DNA of 64,000 nt from Patescibacteria group bacterium. GTDB taxonomy: Bacteria > Patescibacteriota > Patescibacteriia > JBHPGJ01. The notes beneath the pieces were generated by a model, which saw only the letters and a list, made by a program, of their open reading frames with translations, was not told where the DNA came from and made no database searches. Position numbers and translations under genes: made by a program. The stretch's first letter is position 1, and each line of letters begins with the position of its first letter. The stretch lies in assembly GCA_042570545.1 (NCBI GenBank), contig JBHPGJ010000002.1, positions 31,741 through 95,740 of the forward strand, read 5' to 3'. Positions 18,901 through 28,309 of this stretch are shown here, piece by piece.

Positions 18901-21900
18901 GCAGGTTGGTTTTGTCAGTACCCCGTATGGTCCGTCTGATGCCTGCAGCGGCGGCGGTCAAATATTAAATCCCAACAACAACAGCTGGTTCTGGGATGAT
19001 CTGGGTACACCAAACTTTACCGTTAATCCAACCGGTCCTGGCTTTGGTCTAAATCAGACAGTTGTCCAAGCCGTAAACGAAAATCTGGCAGTTGCTCCTG
19101 AACAATTATGTACCGAAGCAGCACGAATAGATCCACAACCGGCCCGGGACTGCTCTGATATTACCATTGATTATGCTCATTGTGTTGATAATCTTGATTG
19201 TCAGGACTATGACGGTATCCCGGCTACAATTGAATGTCCGGCAGCCACTTGTGATGATGTGACAAATCGCTGTAATCCGATCGTTTTTGGCCTGACGCCA
19301 AACAATGGTCCGTTAGGCACCTGGACAAGTGTCAATGGTTGCTATTTAGGCGGTTATCAATCTCCGACTTGCTTTAATCCCACCCAACCCGAACACGGCA
19401 ATCCCTGTAATTTTGATTCCCAATGCGGTATCGGCGGTGAGTGCCGCGGCAGCCGGGTAATATTCCATAATCAGGTTCCAGCCAAGTGGCCAGCGGTTTG
19501 CGGAGCGCCGGGTTCAACTTGGAGCGATACATCCATCATCGTGGAAGTACCGGACAAGGACACACCGCCTGGGGATGATGCTGTTACCGGACCGGTGGAA
19601 GTGTTTAGGTCCATCGATAATTTCTCAGCTATGTCGCCGGCTGACTTCACTGTCAATGCTAATCCGTTAGCGCCGGGCTTGTGCTGGGCGATACCAAATC
19701 AAGGACCAGAGCAAACGCTGGTGACTCTAATAGGGGATAATTTTGGCTTCCCCCGCGATATAGCCAACGACAAGGTCTACTTTTACAGCTCGACAGCTCC
19801 TGGCAATAGAGTTGAAGTAGCATCGTATATTGATTGGCAAAATCAGCAGATTCAAGTACGAGTACCAGCAGGTGCAGAAACTAATTTGGATATAGCTCAT
19901 ATCTGGTATCCCAATGAAGTAGCTGTCTTTAAGAGTTTATTACAGAGCAACCCGGTCAAGTTTGATGTTAATGCTAACGCTTGCGGGGCTACCTGTTCTA
20001 ATGACGCCGAGTGTGTAGCAGTCGGTCCAAATCTCGGCTGTGATGCTACCGGTTGTTGCGGTACGGCGCCTGATGTTGATTTTGTAAATACTTATCCGGG
20101 TATAAATGAAGTTAATGTTTGCCGTAATACATTAGTTACTGTTAGCTTTGATATGGCGATGATCCCCAGTACGTTAAATGCTAATAATATTACATTAGAG
20201 AATCTTACTGCTGGCGGCATTGTTTCACCCACCTCACTTAATCGCGGCAGTCAAGTTATTAAACTTTCCTATGGCTTATTGGATGCCGGCACCGATTACC
20301 GGATTACCGTTACAACCAATGTAGCTAACTCCCAAGGCGTGCATATGCTCAACAATAGGTCTTGGACATTCCAGACTAGGGCCCAAACACCACAAGAATC
20401 TGGTATTTGTAACATAGCGTTTGTAAATGTAACACCTGGTAATCATGATTATACCGCTTTGAATGAAAATATGACGTTCAATGCTCAGGCGCTTGATGCC
20501 ACCGGACAACCCATAATACCTATCCCCGGTGTCTTAGATTGGGCCTGGCTGTGGGAGAGCACTGATACTAATATTGTAAATCTGTTAGGACCCGTAGATA
20601 CTGACACAGTGAATACCGATGCCCTGGCTAATGGCTCGGTCCTGATCAGGGCTAACGCTAATGCCACCGTCGGCTGGGTAGGCACGGTAATCGGCCAGGC
20701 GACAGCTAATGTAAGATTCTGTGAAAATCCCTGGAGCTATACTGATGTACCAGGCTGTGCAATTGGGACGTGTAATGAGAATTATAATTTTACCACCGGT
20801 TATTGTCGTGGTAATGCCCCACCTTTACTGCCGGTACTGGATACCAGCATTCCCAATCGGGGCTGGTTGACGCAAAATGCCGTTCTAAGAAAACAATACT
20901 TGTTCAGGATCCCCAACACTGAGGACGGTATCGGCATACGAGTATTTGCAAATCCGGGACTGTTGTCAGTCCAAGAATGGTATAACCAAGAGGTGCCGAA
21001 TCCCGGAACGATCCAAGCCCTGACGGTAGATGGTTATGACGCAATTCGTGATGGTACCAGTGTCTATGTTGGGGCTACCAACTATACTGCTGCTACAGGG
21101 TTAAATGGTCGCATCTTCTTGTTTTCTTATAATAGCGACGCTGGTCCGGAAACGGTTAATATATTTAATCAATTGTTAGACTATATTAGTTTTAATACTA
21201 ACATTACAACCAGTACCTGTCTGGCCGTGCCAGCGGTACCGGACAAGGTATGTATTGCGCGAGATCTGAAACGGGTAAATGGAGTTAGGACAGTGGCTGG
21301 ACTACTGAATGGCTATCGAGCGGGTGGCCAAGGCGGCGGTGGTAGTAATCTGGTGAAAAATAAGGGTTTTGAAGTCGACGATAGTACCAATTATGATACA
21401 GCTGCCGGCTATGACAATGCCGTGGCAGGCGACGATCGGCCAAATGGCTGGTCAGAACCGCCGGCAACAGGTACACGAGATAGCGTGGTCAAAAGAGGTG
21501 GAGCCTTCTCAGTAAAAATCGAAACTAATGGCAATCAACGTTATGTTTATCAGGATATTCAGATTGAACAAGGTAAGAAATATATCGTCTCGGGCTGGAT
21601 CAGGACCGATCTGGAAATAGTTGGTGGCAGTAAAGCGGCCCTAACAACCGATTGTGTTGATGGCGGTCATAGTGTTAACAATGCCGGTTGTAACTTATAT
21701 CATCCCGCTGGCGTGGGCTTATCTGGTATAAGCGAATGGACTAGACAAAGTTTCATTGTTGAGGCTAATATGCCGACCAGTTCTCGACCCTACCTAAGAG
21801 TTAATTGCTATAACGGTCCCAATGCTGCCAGTACCGGTAAGATCTGGTGTGATGACATATCAGTTGTTGAAGGTACATCAATTTATCCTGATTTGGCTTC

Positions 21901-22276
21901 GGGCAGTTTTATCACCGGTATGACCACCAGTAGCTGGCCGACCTCTTGGCGCGGTAACTTCGCCAATCAACTGGGTTCCAATCAGTTGCCGGTTGATCCC
22001 TTGAATGTGTTTGATAATTGTCCGGTCGGATTTGATCAGACAGCTTGCTGGGATGATTCGATCAAACAATTTATATGCAATCAAGAAAGCCACATTTATG
22101 GTTATAAAACCGATCAAGGCTCCGACTATGACTTGTACGCCAATTTGGAATATGAAGGCTTGGGTGCCTGGACCAATTTTAATACGGCCACCGATATCTG
22201 TGCTGACGCTAGTGTCCAGACAGTTGCGCCAGGATCTCGCTGTGGCTGCTTTGACTATCGATTACAAAGTCCTTAA
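15974..22276 (+). CDS. 2100 aa surface protein: N-terminal TrbC/VirB2-like pilin, Ig-like (Big_5, IPT/TIG) and Cys-rich modules, CBM4/9-like domain
   Basis: INVIKWALGILALAAVAIMIYGGFLWITARGREEQIEKAKKVIIGALIG pilin signature; VSFNEPID and VSFDMAM Ig motifs; PNNGPLGT and PNQGPEQT IPT motifs; NLVKNKGFE...DDISV CBM-like segment. Confidence 0.8.
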   Translation: MSKRRKSNKTNVLVIIAALTAAVSVGGFFSLVSVSAQTSFSIEDIGSSIGLGSADLKDVVINVIKWALGILALAAVAIMIYGGFLWITARGREEQIEKAKKVIIGALIGVVIVLLSWAIVLFVERFISGSTQTGGTVCTPGDQIPPIPATACFVCNATGTSWVPTGDPACIPGPSVFTLTDVETSNNGDATDVHLCSNANSIFNHRLNAQTILDADTLGDLGIYENPNTPGEIEVLGSFIPLTNSATWKHQLHCSNDRTQSCNNDADCGGAPNTCDKLFAANTDYEARFPQSIENFSGDFLQACSALPGCSFNNITNNFEFDFHVGVTTDIVEPTIVSADPMLPGNPGYPDRTISRYPIIDVSFNEPIDMTTVAALDVMGVARPIPANVKIEQWDNDPDAGGAYVVDVDPNIIQVQAKPQGFKLSLDGGHLLEPFTWYKIIVDNVEDLCGNSMVAQVDWNFQTTDAVPGVVGVYPPAGSSNVCPDTKIVVTFGTTMFNSDVTFQVTGGSVPIVITLPAASTMFPGPYTWTDGGGNTIRVVDPGPTADNNFRVYEVTPGVPLDINTTYDVAITTTLQIDVNGTTLSHNWQFATSTPELCACTPFVATVQPNQGPRGMCVSIVGECFDGTAAHPATVSNVEFDVDYGNPPPPAPWTSGEVTYNILLPDIIGTSIPLINTNDGNNPIFFNGDWPRARVTIAYADPAYGSHSSDPATNSFFVNSDNLADGPCLFSLNPGAGIAGTTVNAKGIRFGDPPPAQTTAEIHFEDGSGGANAGWLPGGWSQTDILTSVPGWAIDGDVFVRNDAGDSNKIYFDVIPPAPTSPMVLGHWPICASACLNAGMGADFNLNVEMDPTTIDGNTINVWKCTDGPTCNVFDPIPVAITVPSYVFNPIIPMNRAEWFGQNDFDPIEYYRVIMSNGILALSDGTPITNLNYDDPNNAINGLDSFSWIFQTGASACDIDTINTLPDAVTMTFANQQVGFVSTPYGPSDACSGGGQILNPNNNSWFWDDLGTPNFTVNPTGPGFGLNQTVVQAVNENLAVAPEQLCTEAARIDPQPARDCSDITIDYAHCVDNLDCQDYDGIPATIECPAATCDDVTNRCNPIVFGLTPNNGPLGTWTSVNGCYLGGYQSPTCFNPTQPEHGNPCNFDSQCGIGGECRGSRVIFHNQVPAKWPAVCGAPGSTWSDTSIIVEVPDKDTPPGDDAVTGPVEVFRSIDNFSAMSPADFTVNANPLAPGLCWAIPNQGPEQTLVTLIGDNFGFPRDIANDKVYFYSSTAPGNRVEVASYIDWQNQQIQVRVPAGAETNLDIAHIWYPNEVAVFKSLLQSNPVKFDVNANACGATCSNDAECVAVGPNLGCDATGCCGTAPDVDFVNTYPGINEVNVCRNTLVTVSFDMAMIPSTLNANNITLENLTAGGIVSPTSLNRGSQVIKLSYGLLDAGTDYRITVTTNVANSQGVHMLNNRSWTFQTRAQTPQESGICNIAFVNVTPGNHDYTALNENMTFNAQALDATGQPIIPIPGVLDWAWLWESTDTNIVNLLGPVDTDTVNTDALANGSVLIRANANATVGWVGTVIGQATANVRFCENPWSYTDVPGCAIGTCNENYNFTTGYCRGNAPPLLPVLDTSIPNRGWLTQNAVLRKQYLFRIPNTEDGIGIRVFANPGLLSVQEWYNQEVPNPGTIQALTVDGYDAIRDGTSVYVGATNYTAATGLNGRIFLFSYNSDAGPETVNIFNQLLDYISFNTNITTSTCLAVPAVPDKVCIARDLKRVNGVRTVAGLLNGYRAGGQGGGGSNLVKNKGFEVDDSTNYDTAAGYDNAVAGDDRPNGWSEPPATGTRDSVVKRGGAFSVKIETNGNQRYVYQDIQIEQGKKYIVSGWIRTDLEIVGGSKAALTTDCVDGGHSVNNAGCNLYHPAGVGLSGISEWTRQSFIVEANMPTSSRPYLRVNCYNGPNAASTGKIWCDDISVVEGTSIYPDLASGSFITGMTTSSWPTSWRGNFANQLGSNQLPVDPLNVFDNCPVGFDQTACWDDSIKQFICNQESHIYGYKTDQGSDYDLYANLEYEGLGAWTNFNTATDICADASVQTVAPGSRCGCFDYRLQSP

Positions 22277-22287
22277 ATTTATGTATT

Positions 22288-22758
22288 ATGACTAACGGCA
22301 CAAACATCCCACCAACTCAACCGGTCGAATCATCAAGCCGCTTTAATAAATGGTGGCTAATAATTATTATCTTAATTTTAGTTGTTGTGGGAGTAGTATT
22401 TGGAATTTCATATTATACTCGCGACACGTCGACAGATACCGATACTAGTAATGCTACCCAGAATGTAAACGGCATCATCTTTCCGATGGATGTTCATCAA
22501 CCACCCGATCAAGATCGTGACCGTCTGACAGATAATGAAGAAGCTACTTATGGTACCGATCCGCTAAAAAGCGATACTGATGGCGATAGTTTAAGCGACT
22601 ATGATGAGATAGCTATTTATAAAACTGATCCCAACGATCAGGATACCGATAAAGATGGCCATCTAGATGGTGACGAAGTAAAGGATGGATTTGATCCCAA
22701 CGGTCCCGGTGAGATATTAAATATTAATAATTCGTTATCCAACCAAACCCCCAATTAA
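22288..22758 (+). CDS. Membrane-anchored protein with bacterial TSP3-like Ca-binding repeats
   Basis: TM followed by DQDRDRLTDNEE..YGTDP..DTDGDSLSDYDE..TDP..DTDKDGHLDGDE. Confidence 0.85.
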   Translation: MTNGTNIPPTQPVESSSRFNKWWLIIIILILVVVGVVFGISYYTRDTSTDTDTSNATQNVNGIIFPMDVHQPPDQDRDRLTDNEEATYGTDPLKSDTDGDSLSDYDEIAIYKTDPNDQDTDKDGHLDGDEVKDGFDPNGPGEILNINNSLSNQTPN

Positions 22759-22762
22759 AAAT

Positions 22763-24184
22763 ATGGCAAAACAAAAAACTGAAACAACTGACGTCCGTCC
22801 GCAACATAAAGTATATTCTATGCCTGACCGGTTTATGCCTAAAGAATCGGGTGGAGGCAACAGCTTCTTAACCATAATACTGATCTTAGTTGTTATTGCC
22901 TTAATTGCTGGTGGGGCAATATTTTATTTTATGCGAACACCAGCCAATGAGAATACGAATACTTTGCCTAACACCAACGGTATCGATTTAACTAATAGTA
23001 TTAGCAACACCAACACAGCCCAAGAACTAAACTTGGCTGAGCACCAAATAGTAAACGATGGTTCGACAATTAATATCCCAGATAATTGGCAAATAACCGC
23101 CAATGTTCAAGATGATGTTATTTTAACCGTGGCCAGTACCCAACAGGATACTACCAGCGATGGCAATAGTATCGCTGCCCTGATTACCGTAGCCCGACGA
23201 ACAGTGGAAACAAACACCATATCCGCTTTTGTAAACGAATTCTTAGTAGAGCAGGAAAGACGTTTCCCTGATCTGGAAGTAATTACTCAGAATACTGTCA
23301 CCGTAGCTGGACGAGAAGCAATAGTAGCCGATTACACATACAGCAGCCTACAAACTAAACTACAAGTGCGAACTTTATATATAATTATTGGTCAAACTGC
23401 ATATTTGGTGAACTTCACGGCTATTGAAGAGCAGTGGCAAAAATATGACCAAGATGCTACCAAGATCCTGACATCAATAAGGCCTGCAGCTCAGCAGACG
23501 ACTAATATAAATACCAATGCTAACAGCAATAATAATACTAATTCATCAGTAAACACGAATAACAATACTAATTCAAATGTGACTCCCATCCCGTTGACTA
23601 ATGATGATGATCTGGATGGCCTGACCTTAGATGAGGAAACCTTATACGGGACCGATCCCCAGGCCAGAGACACAGACGCCGATGGATTCATTGACGGCTA
23701 CTCTTTGTCATCAGCCGGCGTGGTCAGTGGTGAATTAGCACTCGGTTATAATCCTAATGGCGACGGCCTGATGAAGGATACTAACCTGGTACGTGGTTAT
23801 ACCAATCAAGACTTTAGTTATTCAATTATTTACCCGACCAGTTGGATAGTAGAATCGATTGTTCCTGACAACGCTAACATTATGTTTACCTCGCAACCCA
23901 GCACTGGAGAATTTGTTCAAGTAATTATTCAGGATAATCCGAGTGAATTAACGGCCAAGAACTGGTATCTTAATTTAAATCCGACAACAAATCCAAGTTT
24001 GATAAAAACCATATCGGTTAATGGTCTTGAAGGTGTTCGTAGTTTGGACGGACAAACAGTTTATTTATCAAAAGCCGATAAGATTTATATTTTAGTTTAT
24101 AATGTGGGTAATTTAGAAACGGCAAATTTTCGCGCAACTTACGAAATGATGTTGCAGAGTTTTAAATTAACCGGGAGCAGCTAG
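22763..24184 (+). CDS. Membrane-anchored protein with PsbP/DcrB-like domains, Asn/Thr linkers and TSP3-like repeat
   Basis: N-terminal TM; INIPDNW...VTVAGREA PsbP-like segment; DDDLDGLTLDEE..YGTDP..DTDADGFIDG; YSIIYPTSW second domain. Confidence 0.7.
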   Translation: MAKQKTETTDVRPQHKVYSMPDRFMPKESGGGNSFLTIILILVVIALIAGGAIFYFMRTPANENTNTLPNTNGIDLTNSISNTNTAQELNLAEHQIVNDGSTINIPDNWQITANVQDDVILTVASTQQDTTSDGNSIAALITVARRTVETNTISAFVNEFLVEQERRFPDLEVITQNTVTVAGREAIVADYTYSSLQTKLQVRTLYIIIGQTAYLVNFTAIEEQWQKYDQDATKILTSIRPAAQQTTNINTNANSNNNTNSSVNTNNNTNSNVTPIPLTNDDDLDGLTLDEETLYGTDPQARDTDADGFIDGYSLSSAGVVSGELALGYNPNGDGLMKDTNLVRGYTNQDFSYSIIYPTSWIVESIVPDNANIMFTSQPSTGEFVQVIIQDNPSELTAKNWYLNLNPTTNPSLIKTISVNGLEGVRSLDGQTVYLSKADKIYILVYNVGNLETANFRATYEMMLQSFKLTGSS

Positions 24185-24192
24185 GGTTATCG

Positions 24193-24642
24193 ATGGCGGT
24201 AAAGTTTTTTGGACATTTGCCAGAAAATCCAACCAAGCTGAAGGCGATAGTCAAATACTGTCTCCGCTCGTATCGGGCACTACCAAGACAAGTCAATATA
24301 ATATTTGTCAGTCAAAAAGTAATCCAGCAACTCAATCGACAATATCGCCAGCACAATAAACCGACAACAATACTTAGCTTTAATTTTGATTTGATAAATC
24401 TGTCGAAGGATCAGCAATCGATCGGGGAAATATATTTAAGCTCAGCTGAAATTAGACTAGCAGCCAAAAAATCAAAGCTGGCTTATCAATCAATGCTATA
24501 TCACCTAGTAATTCATGGCTGTCTGCACTTAGCCGGCTTCCATCATCAGAAAATGCAGTCGGCTAATACTATGCACAAGGAAGAAAAAAAATTAGCCGAA
24601 AAATTCACTCCAAATATTTTACCATCACATGTCATTCATTAA
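24193..24642 (+). CDS. ybeY: rRNA maturation RNase YbeY
   Basis: LNRQYR..NKPTTILSF, GEIYLS, HGCLHLAGFHH. Confidence 0.9.
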   Translation: MAVKFFGHLPENPTKLKAIVKYCLRSYRALPRQVNIIFVSQKVIQQLNRQYRQHNKPTTILSFNFDLINLSKDQQSIGEIYLSSAEIRLAAKKSKLAYQSMLYHLVIHGCLHLAGFHHQKMQSANTMHKEEKKLAEKFTPNILPSHVIH

Positions 24643-25000
24643 TATTAAATCATTTGTAAAAAGTGTCAGCTATGCCTGGAGGGGCATTAGGCAAGCGTAC
24701 AAAAGTGAACAAAATTTTCGCCTTGATACGTTTGCCGCTGTTATAGTTGTGGCCTTAATGGTATTTTTCCGACTTACTTGGGGCGAAGTGATCGTGTTAA
24801 CTTTAATGATTATACTGGTTATGGTTTTAGAGCTGGTCAATACTAGTGTCGAAAAGATGACCGATTTATTTAAACCTCGCATGCATCATTATGCCGAGGC
24901 CGTAAAAGATATTTTAGCCGGAGCGGTATTAATTGCCTCATTAGGAGCCCTATTTGTAGGTTTTCTAATATTTTACCCTTATATTTTGGGGCAAAAATAA
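24629..25000 (+). CDS. dgkA: Diacylglycerol/undecaprenol kinase
   Basis: SYAWRGI..EQNFR, ELVNTSVEKMTD, KDILAGAVL; follows ybeY. Confidence 0.9.
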   Translation: MSFINIKSFVKSVSYAWRGIRQAYKSEQNFRLDTFAAVIVVALMVFFRLTWGEVIVLTLMIILVMVLELVNTSVEKMTDLFKPRMHHYAEAVKDILAGAVLIASLGALFVGFLIFYPYILGQK

Positions 25001-25067
25001 CTTTTCAAATATCAATATCTCGTATATAATAGACGAAGATTACTATAAATCCTAAAAAATAAATAAA

Positions 25068-26306
25068 ATGGCAAAAGAGGAATTTATTTGCGGCATTGAT
25101 GTCGGCTCGGCAATGGTCCGAGTGGCCATTGGGCAGCAACCAACTGAAGAAAATACAGCTGCTCATATTGTTGGTGCCGCAGAGCATCCGGCAGAAGGAG
25201 TTTCTAAGGGATCTATAAGCAGTATTGAAGATACGGTTAGTTCAATATCTCAAGCTTTGGAACAAGCCGAAAGAATGACTGGCGTGCCGATAGAGCAGGC
25301 CTTTGTTGGCGTCAATGGCACTCATGTAGTATCACAGGATAGTCATGGTGTAATTGCTGTTGCTAAGTCAGATGGCGAAATCAGAGAAGAGGACGTCAGT
25401 CGGGTGATTGAAGCAGCTCAAGCGGTGGCCACCCCAGCCAACTATGAGATTTTACATGTTATCCCGCGCAGCTTCACGGTTGATAATCAGAAAGGGATAA
25501 AGGATCCGATCGGTATGACCGGTATCCGCCTTGAAGTGGATGCGCAGATTATTCAAGCCCTATCAAGTCAAATTAAAAATTTAACCAAATGTATATATCG
25601 GACTTCTGTCGATATTAATGATTTAGTATTGGGGCTGTTAGCGGCGGCCGAATGTACGCTTAATCACCGGCAAAAAGATTTGGGAGTTACTTTAATTAAC
25701 ATCGGTTCTAGTACAACGGGCGTAATGGTCTTTGAAGAAGGTGATGTTCTACATACCAAGATCCTACCGGTGGGCTCAGCTCATCTGACCAATGACATAG
25801 CTATCGGTCTAAGGACCTCAATAGATTTGGCTGAACAAGTTAAGTTAAATTATGGTACCGCCTTGCCTGAAGCAGTGAATAAGAGAGATGAGGTGAATCT
25901 CGGTGAACTTGGCGGAGACGAAGGAGTCATTTCTCATAAACACATTGCCGAAATTATTGAGGCCCGAGTTGAAGAAATATTTACTATGGTCGACAAAGAA
26001 TTACAGTCGATCGATCGTTCGGGCTTGCTACCGGCTGGAGTGGTGCTGATCGGGGGTGGAGCAAAATTATCCGGAATGGTAGAGGTAGCTAAAAGGGTAT
26101 TCCGACTGCCGGCGGTGATTGGTACGCCACAGAGTGTCACCACGGCCATTGACAAGGTTAAAGATCCGGCCTTTGCTACATCAGTCGGCTTGGTAAAGTG
26201 GGGCACCGGATTCGACAATCAAACCGGATTTTCACTGAGTAATCTCTCATCGGTAAAGGATGTAACCAAAAAAATGAGAGGCTGGTTTAAGTCTTTGATG
26301 CCTTAG
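25068..26306 (+). CDS. ftsA: Cell division protein FtsA
   Basis: GIDVGS, DPIGMTGIRLEV, HLTNDIAIGLRT, VLIGGGAKL. Confidence 0.96.
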   Translation: MAKEEFICGIDVGSAMVRVAIGQQPTEENTAAHIVGAAEHPAEGVSKGSISSIEDTVSSISQALEQAERMTGVPIEQAFVGVNGTHVVSQDSHGVIAVAKSDGEIREEDVSRVIEAAQAVATPANYEILHVIPRSFTVDNQKGIKDPIGMTGIRLEVDAQIIQALSSQIKNLTKCIYRTSVDINDLVLGLLAAAECTLNHRQKDLGVTLINIGSSTTGVMVFEEGDVLHTKILPVGSAHLTNDIAIGLRTSIDLAEQVKLNYGTALPEAVNKRDEVNLGELGGDEGVISHKHIAEIIEARVEEIFTMVDKELQSIDRSGLLPAGVVLIGGGAKLSGMVEVAKRVFRLPAVIGTPQSVTTAIDKVKDPAFATSVGLVKWGTGFDNQTGFSLSNLSSVKDVTKKMRGWFKSLMP

Positions 26307-26463
26307 GGCTAATAAACCCCATAAATAAGGGTGTTGGTAAGGCTTTACAAACTTAAATAGGCCAGTTACACTAGGTAATAGACAAAAACAAAGGCAAAAA
26401 AACAAAAATTACCCCAAGGTTTTAGCTTGGCGGTTAATACGTTTTAATACTCTACAAAATCAT

Positions 26464-27669
26464 ATGATTCAAAAAATATCTCGTCGCGGTCCAGTAGAAG
26501 TAAAACCAGATATTGAAACACTTGCTAAGATAAAAGTCGTCGGAATTGGCGGTGGCGGCAACGCTGCAGTCAATCGGATGATTTCTTCTAATCTACAAGG
26601 TGTTGAATTTGTCTCAATTAATTCAGATGCCCAAGCCCTACATCAGTCTGATGCACCACATAAGCTGCACATTGGTAAGACTACCACTCGCGGACTTGGT
26701 GCCGGCATGGATCCAGAATTGGGACGAAAAGCAGCTGAGGAAGCACAAGACGAGATTCATGATCTGTTAAAAGGATCAGATATGGTTTTCCTTACTTATG
26801 GTCTCGGCGGTGGTACCGGCACTGGTGCTACACCGATTATTGCCGAGGTTGCTAGAGATGTCGGTGCGTTAACGGTGGCGGTAGTTACAAAACCATTTGC
26901 TTTTGAAGGTGCACAACGTGCGGCCATTGCCGATGCTGGACATGAAGACATCGCCGATAAGGTTGATACAATTATTACAATTCCTAATGATCGCCTACTG
27001 CAGATAATTGATAAAAAAACATCACTGCTTGATGCTTTCTCGGTGGTTGATGATGTATTACGTCAAGGCGTGCAGGGTATTTCAGAATTAATTACCATTC
27101 CCGGTTTAATCAATGTCGATTTTGCTGACGTCAAAGCGATCATGGAAAATACCGGTTCCGCCTTAATGGGTATTGGCCAAGCTTCCGGTGAGAACAGGGC
27201 AGTTAATGCCGCTAAGGCTGCCATTGATAGTCCGTTATTAGAGCTATCAATTGAAGGAGCTAAGGGTATCCTATTTACAATTACCGGCGGACCTGATCTG
27301 GGTATGCATGAAGTTAACGAAGCTGCCCGAGTTATTACCGGTGCCGCTGATGGTAATGCTAAAGTAATATTTGGCTCAGTTATCGATGACGCTCTAGAGG
27401 GCGAGGTAAAGGTTACCGTTATTGCCACCGGTTTTGGTAAAGGAGCCGCTCCTAGTCGGACAGCAAAGAAAATAATAGCACCGAAAGTAACCCCTTTTGA
27501 AGAACCTGAGCCAGCAGCTATGGTATCAGAACAAGTTGAGGTGCCAATGCCTGAGCCGGTAACTACAGCACCTCCCGAGCCATTACCTAAAGTTGAAGTA
27601 TCTGAAGAACCAACCAAAGAAGAAGAGGATTTAGAAATTCCTGCTTTTATCAGGAAGAAAATGATGTAG
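26464..27669 (+). CDS. ftsZ: Cell division protein FtsZ
   Basis: [29 protein letters not shown]-terminal LEIPAFIRK. Confidence 0.98.
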   Translation: MIQKISRRGPVEVKPDIETLAKIKVVGIGGGGNAAVNRMISSNLQGVEFVSINSDAQALHQSDAPHKLHIGKTTTRGLGAGMDPELGRKAAEEAQDEIHDLLKGSDMVFLTYGLGGGTGTGATPIIAEVARDVGALTVAVVTKPFAFEGAQRAAIADAGHEDIADKVDTIITIPNDRLLQIIDKKTSLLDAFSVVDDVLRQGVQGISELITIPGLINVDFADVKAIMENTGSALMGIGQASGENRAVNAAKAAIDSPLLELSIEGAKGILFTITGGPDLGMHEVNEAARVITGAADGNAKVIFGSVIDDALEGEVKVTVIATGFGKGAAPSRTAKKIIAPKVTPFEEPEPAAMVSEQVEVPMPEPVTTAPPEPLPKVEVSEEPTKEEEDLEIPAFIRKKMM

Positions 27670-27748
27670 CCTGCTTGGCTATGGCTTCAATATGTATTTA
27701 TTTATAGTGACCTGGACTAAAAAGGTGCTTTTTACGTAAATTATATTT

Positions 27749-28225
27749 ATGAAATGTCCAGCCTGTCATCATAGCGATACCAAGGTAACTGATTCTCGTT
27801 TGACCAGAGAGGGTTTGGCTATTCGTCGACGTCGAGAATGTTTGAAATGCTCATTCCGGTTTACCACAGCTGAGGAGGTAGAAATTTTAAACTTAGCCGT
27901 AGTTAAGCGTGATGGCCGATCTGAACCATATAACCGAGATAAGCTTGAAGCCGGATTAAGAAGAGCACTTGAAAAAAGACCAGTAACTGTCGAGGAATTT
28001 AAAAGATTGGTTAGTCGCATTGAGCATGATATACAAAAAAAGGGACGACAGGAGATTAAAACACGTGAGATCGGCGAAATTGTTATGAAAAACTTAAGAC
28101 GACTTGATGCGGTAGCTTATATAAGATTTGCTTCGGTTTATCGGTCTTTTAAAGATGCTAAGACTTTTCAGCAGGAACTTAATCAGTTACTGGGCAAGAA
28201 GAGAAAAAGTAAAAATAAAAGCTAA
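27749..28225 (+). CDS. nrdR: Transcriptional repressor NrdR
   Basis: MKCPAC...DSR...RRRRECLKC..RFTT, ATP cone, VAYIRFASVY. Confidence 0.96.
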   Translation: MKCPACHHSDTKVTDSRLTREGLAIRRRRECLKCSFRFTTAEEVEILNLAVVKRDGRSEPYNRDKLEAGLRRALEKRPVTVEEFKRLVSRIEHDIQKKGRQEIKTREIGEIVMKNLRRLDAVAYIRFASVYRSFKDAKTFQQELNQLLGKKRKSKNKS

Positions 28226-28309
28226 AGTTAGTAATAAGCAAAAAGCGGTGTTTGATGATTATTTGAAAACGTTTTAAAATGACCCAATACTCAATATTAA
28301 CTTAATAAA

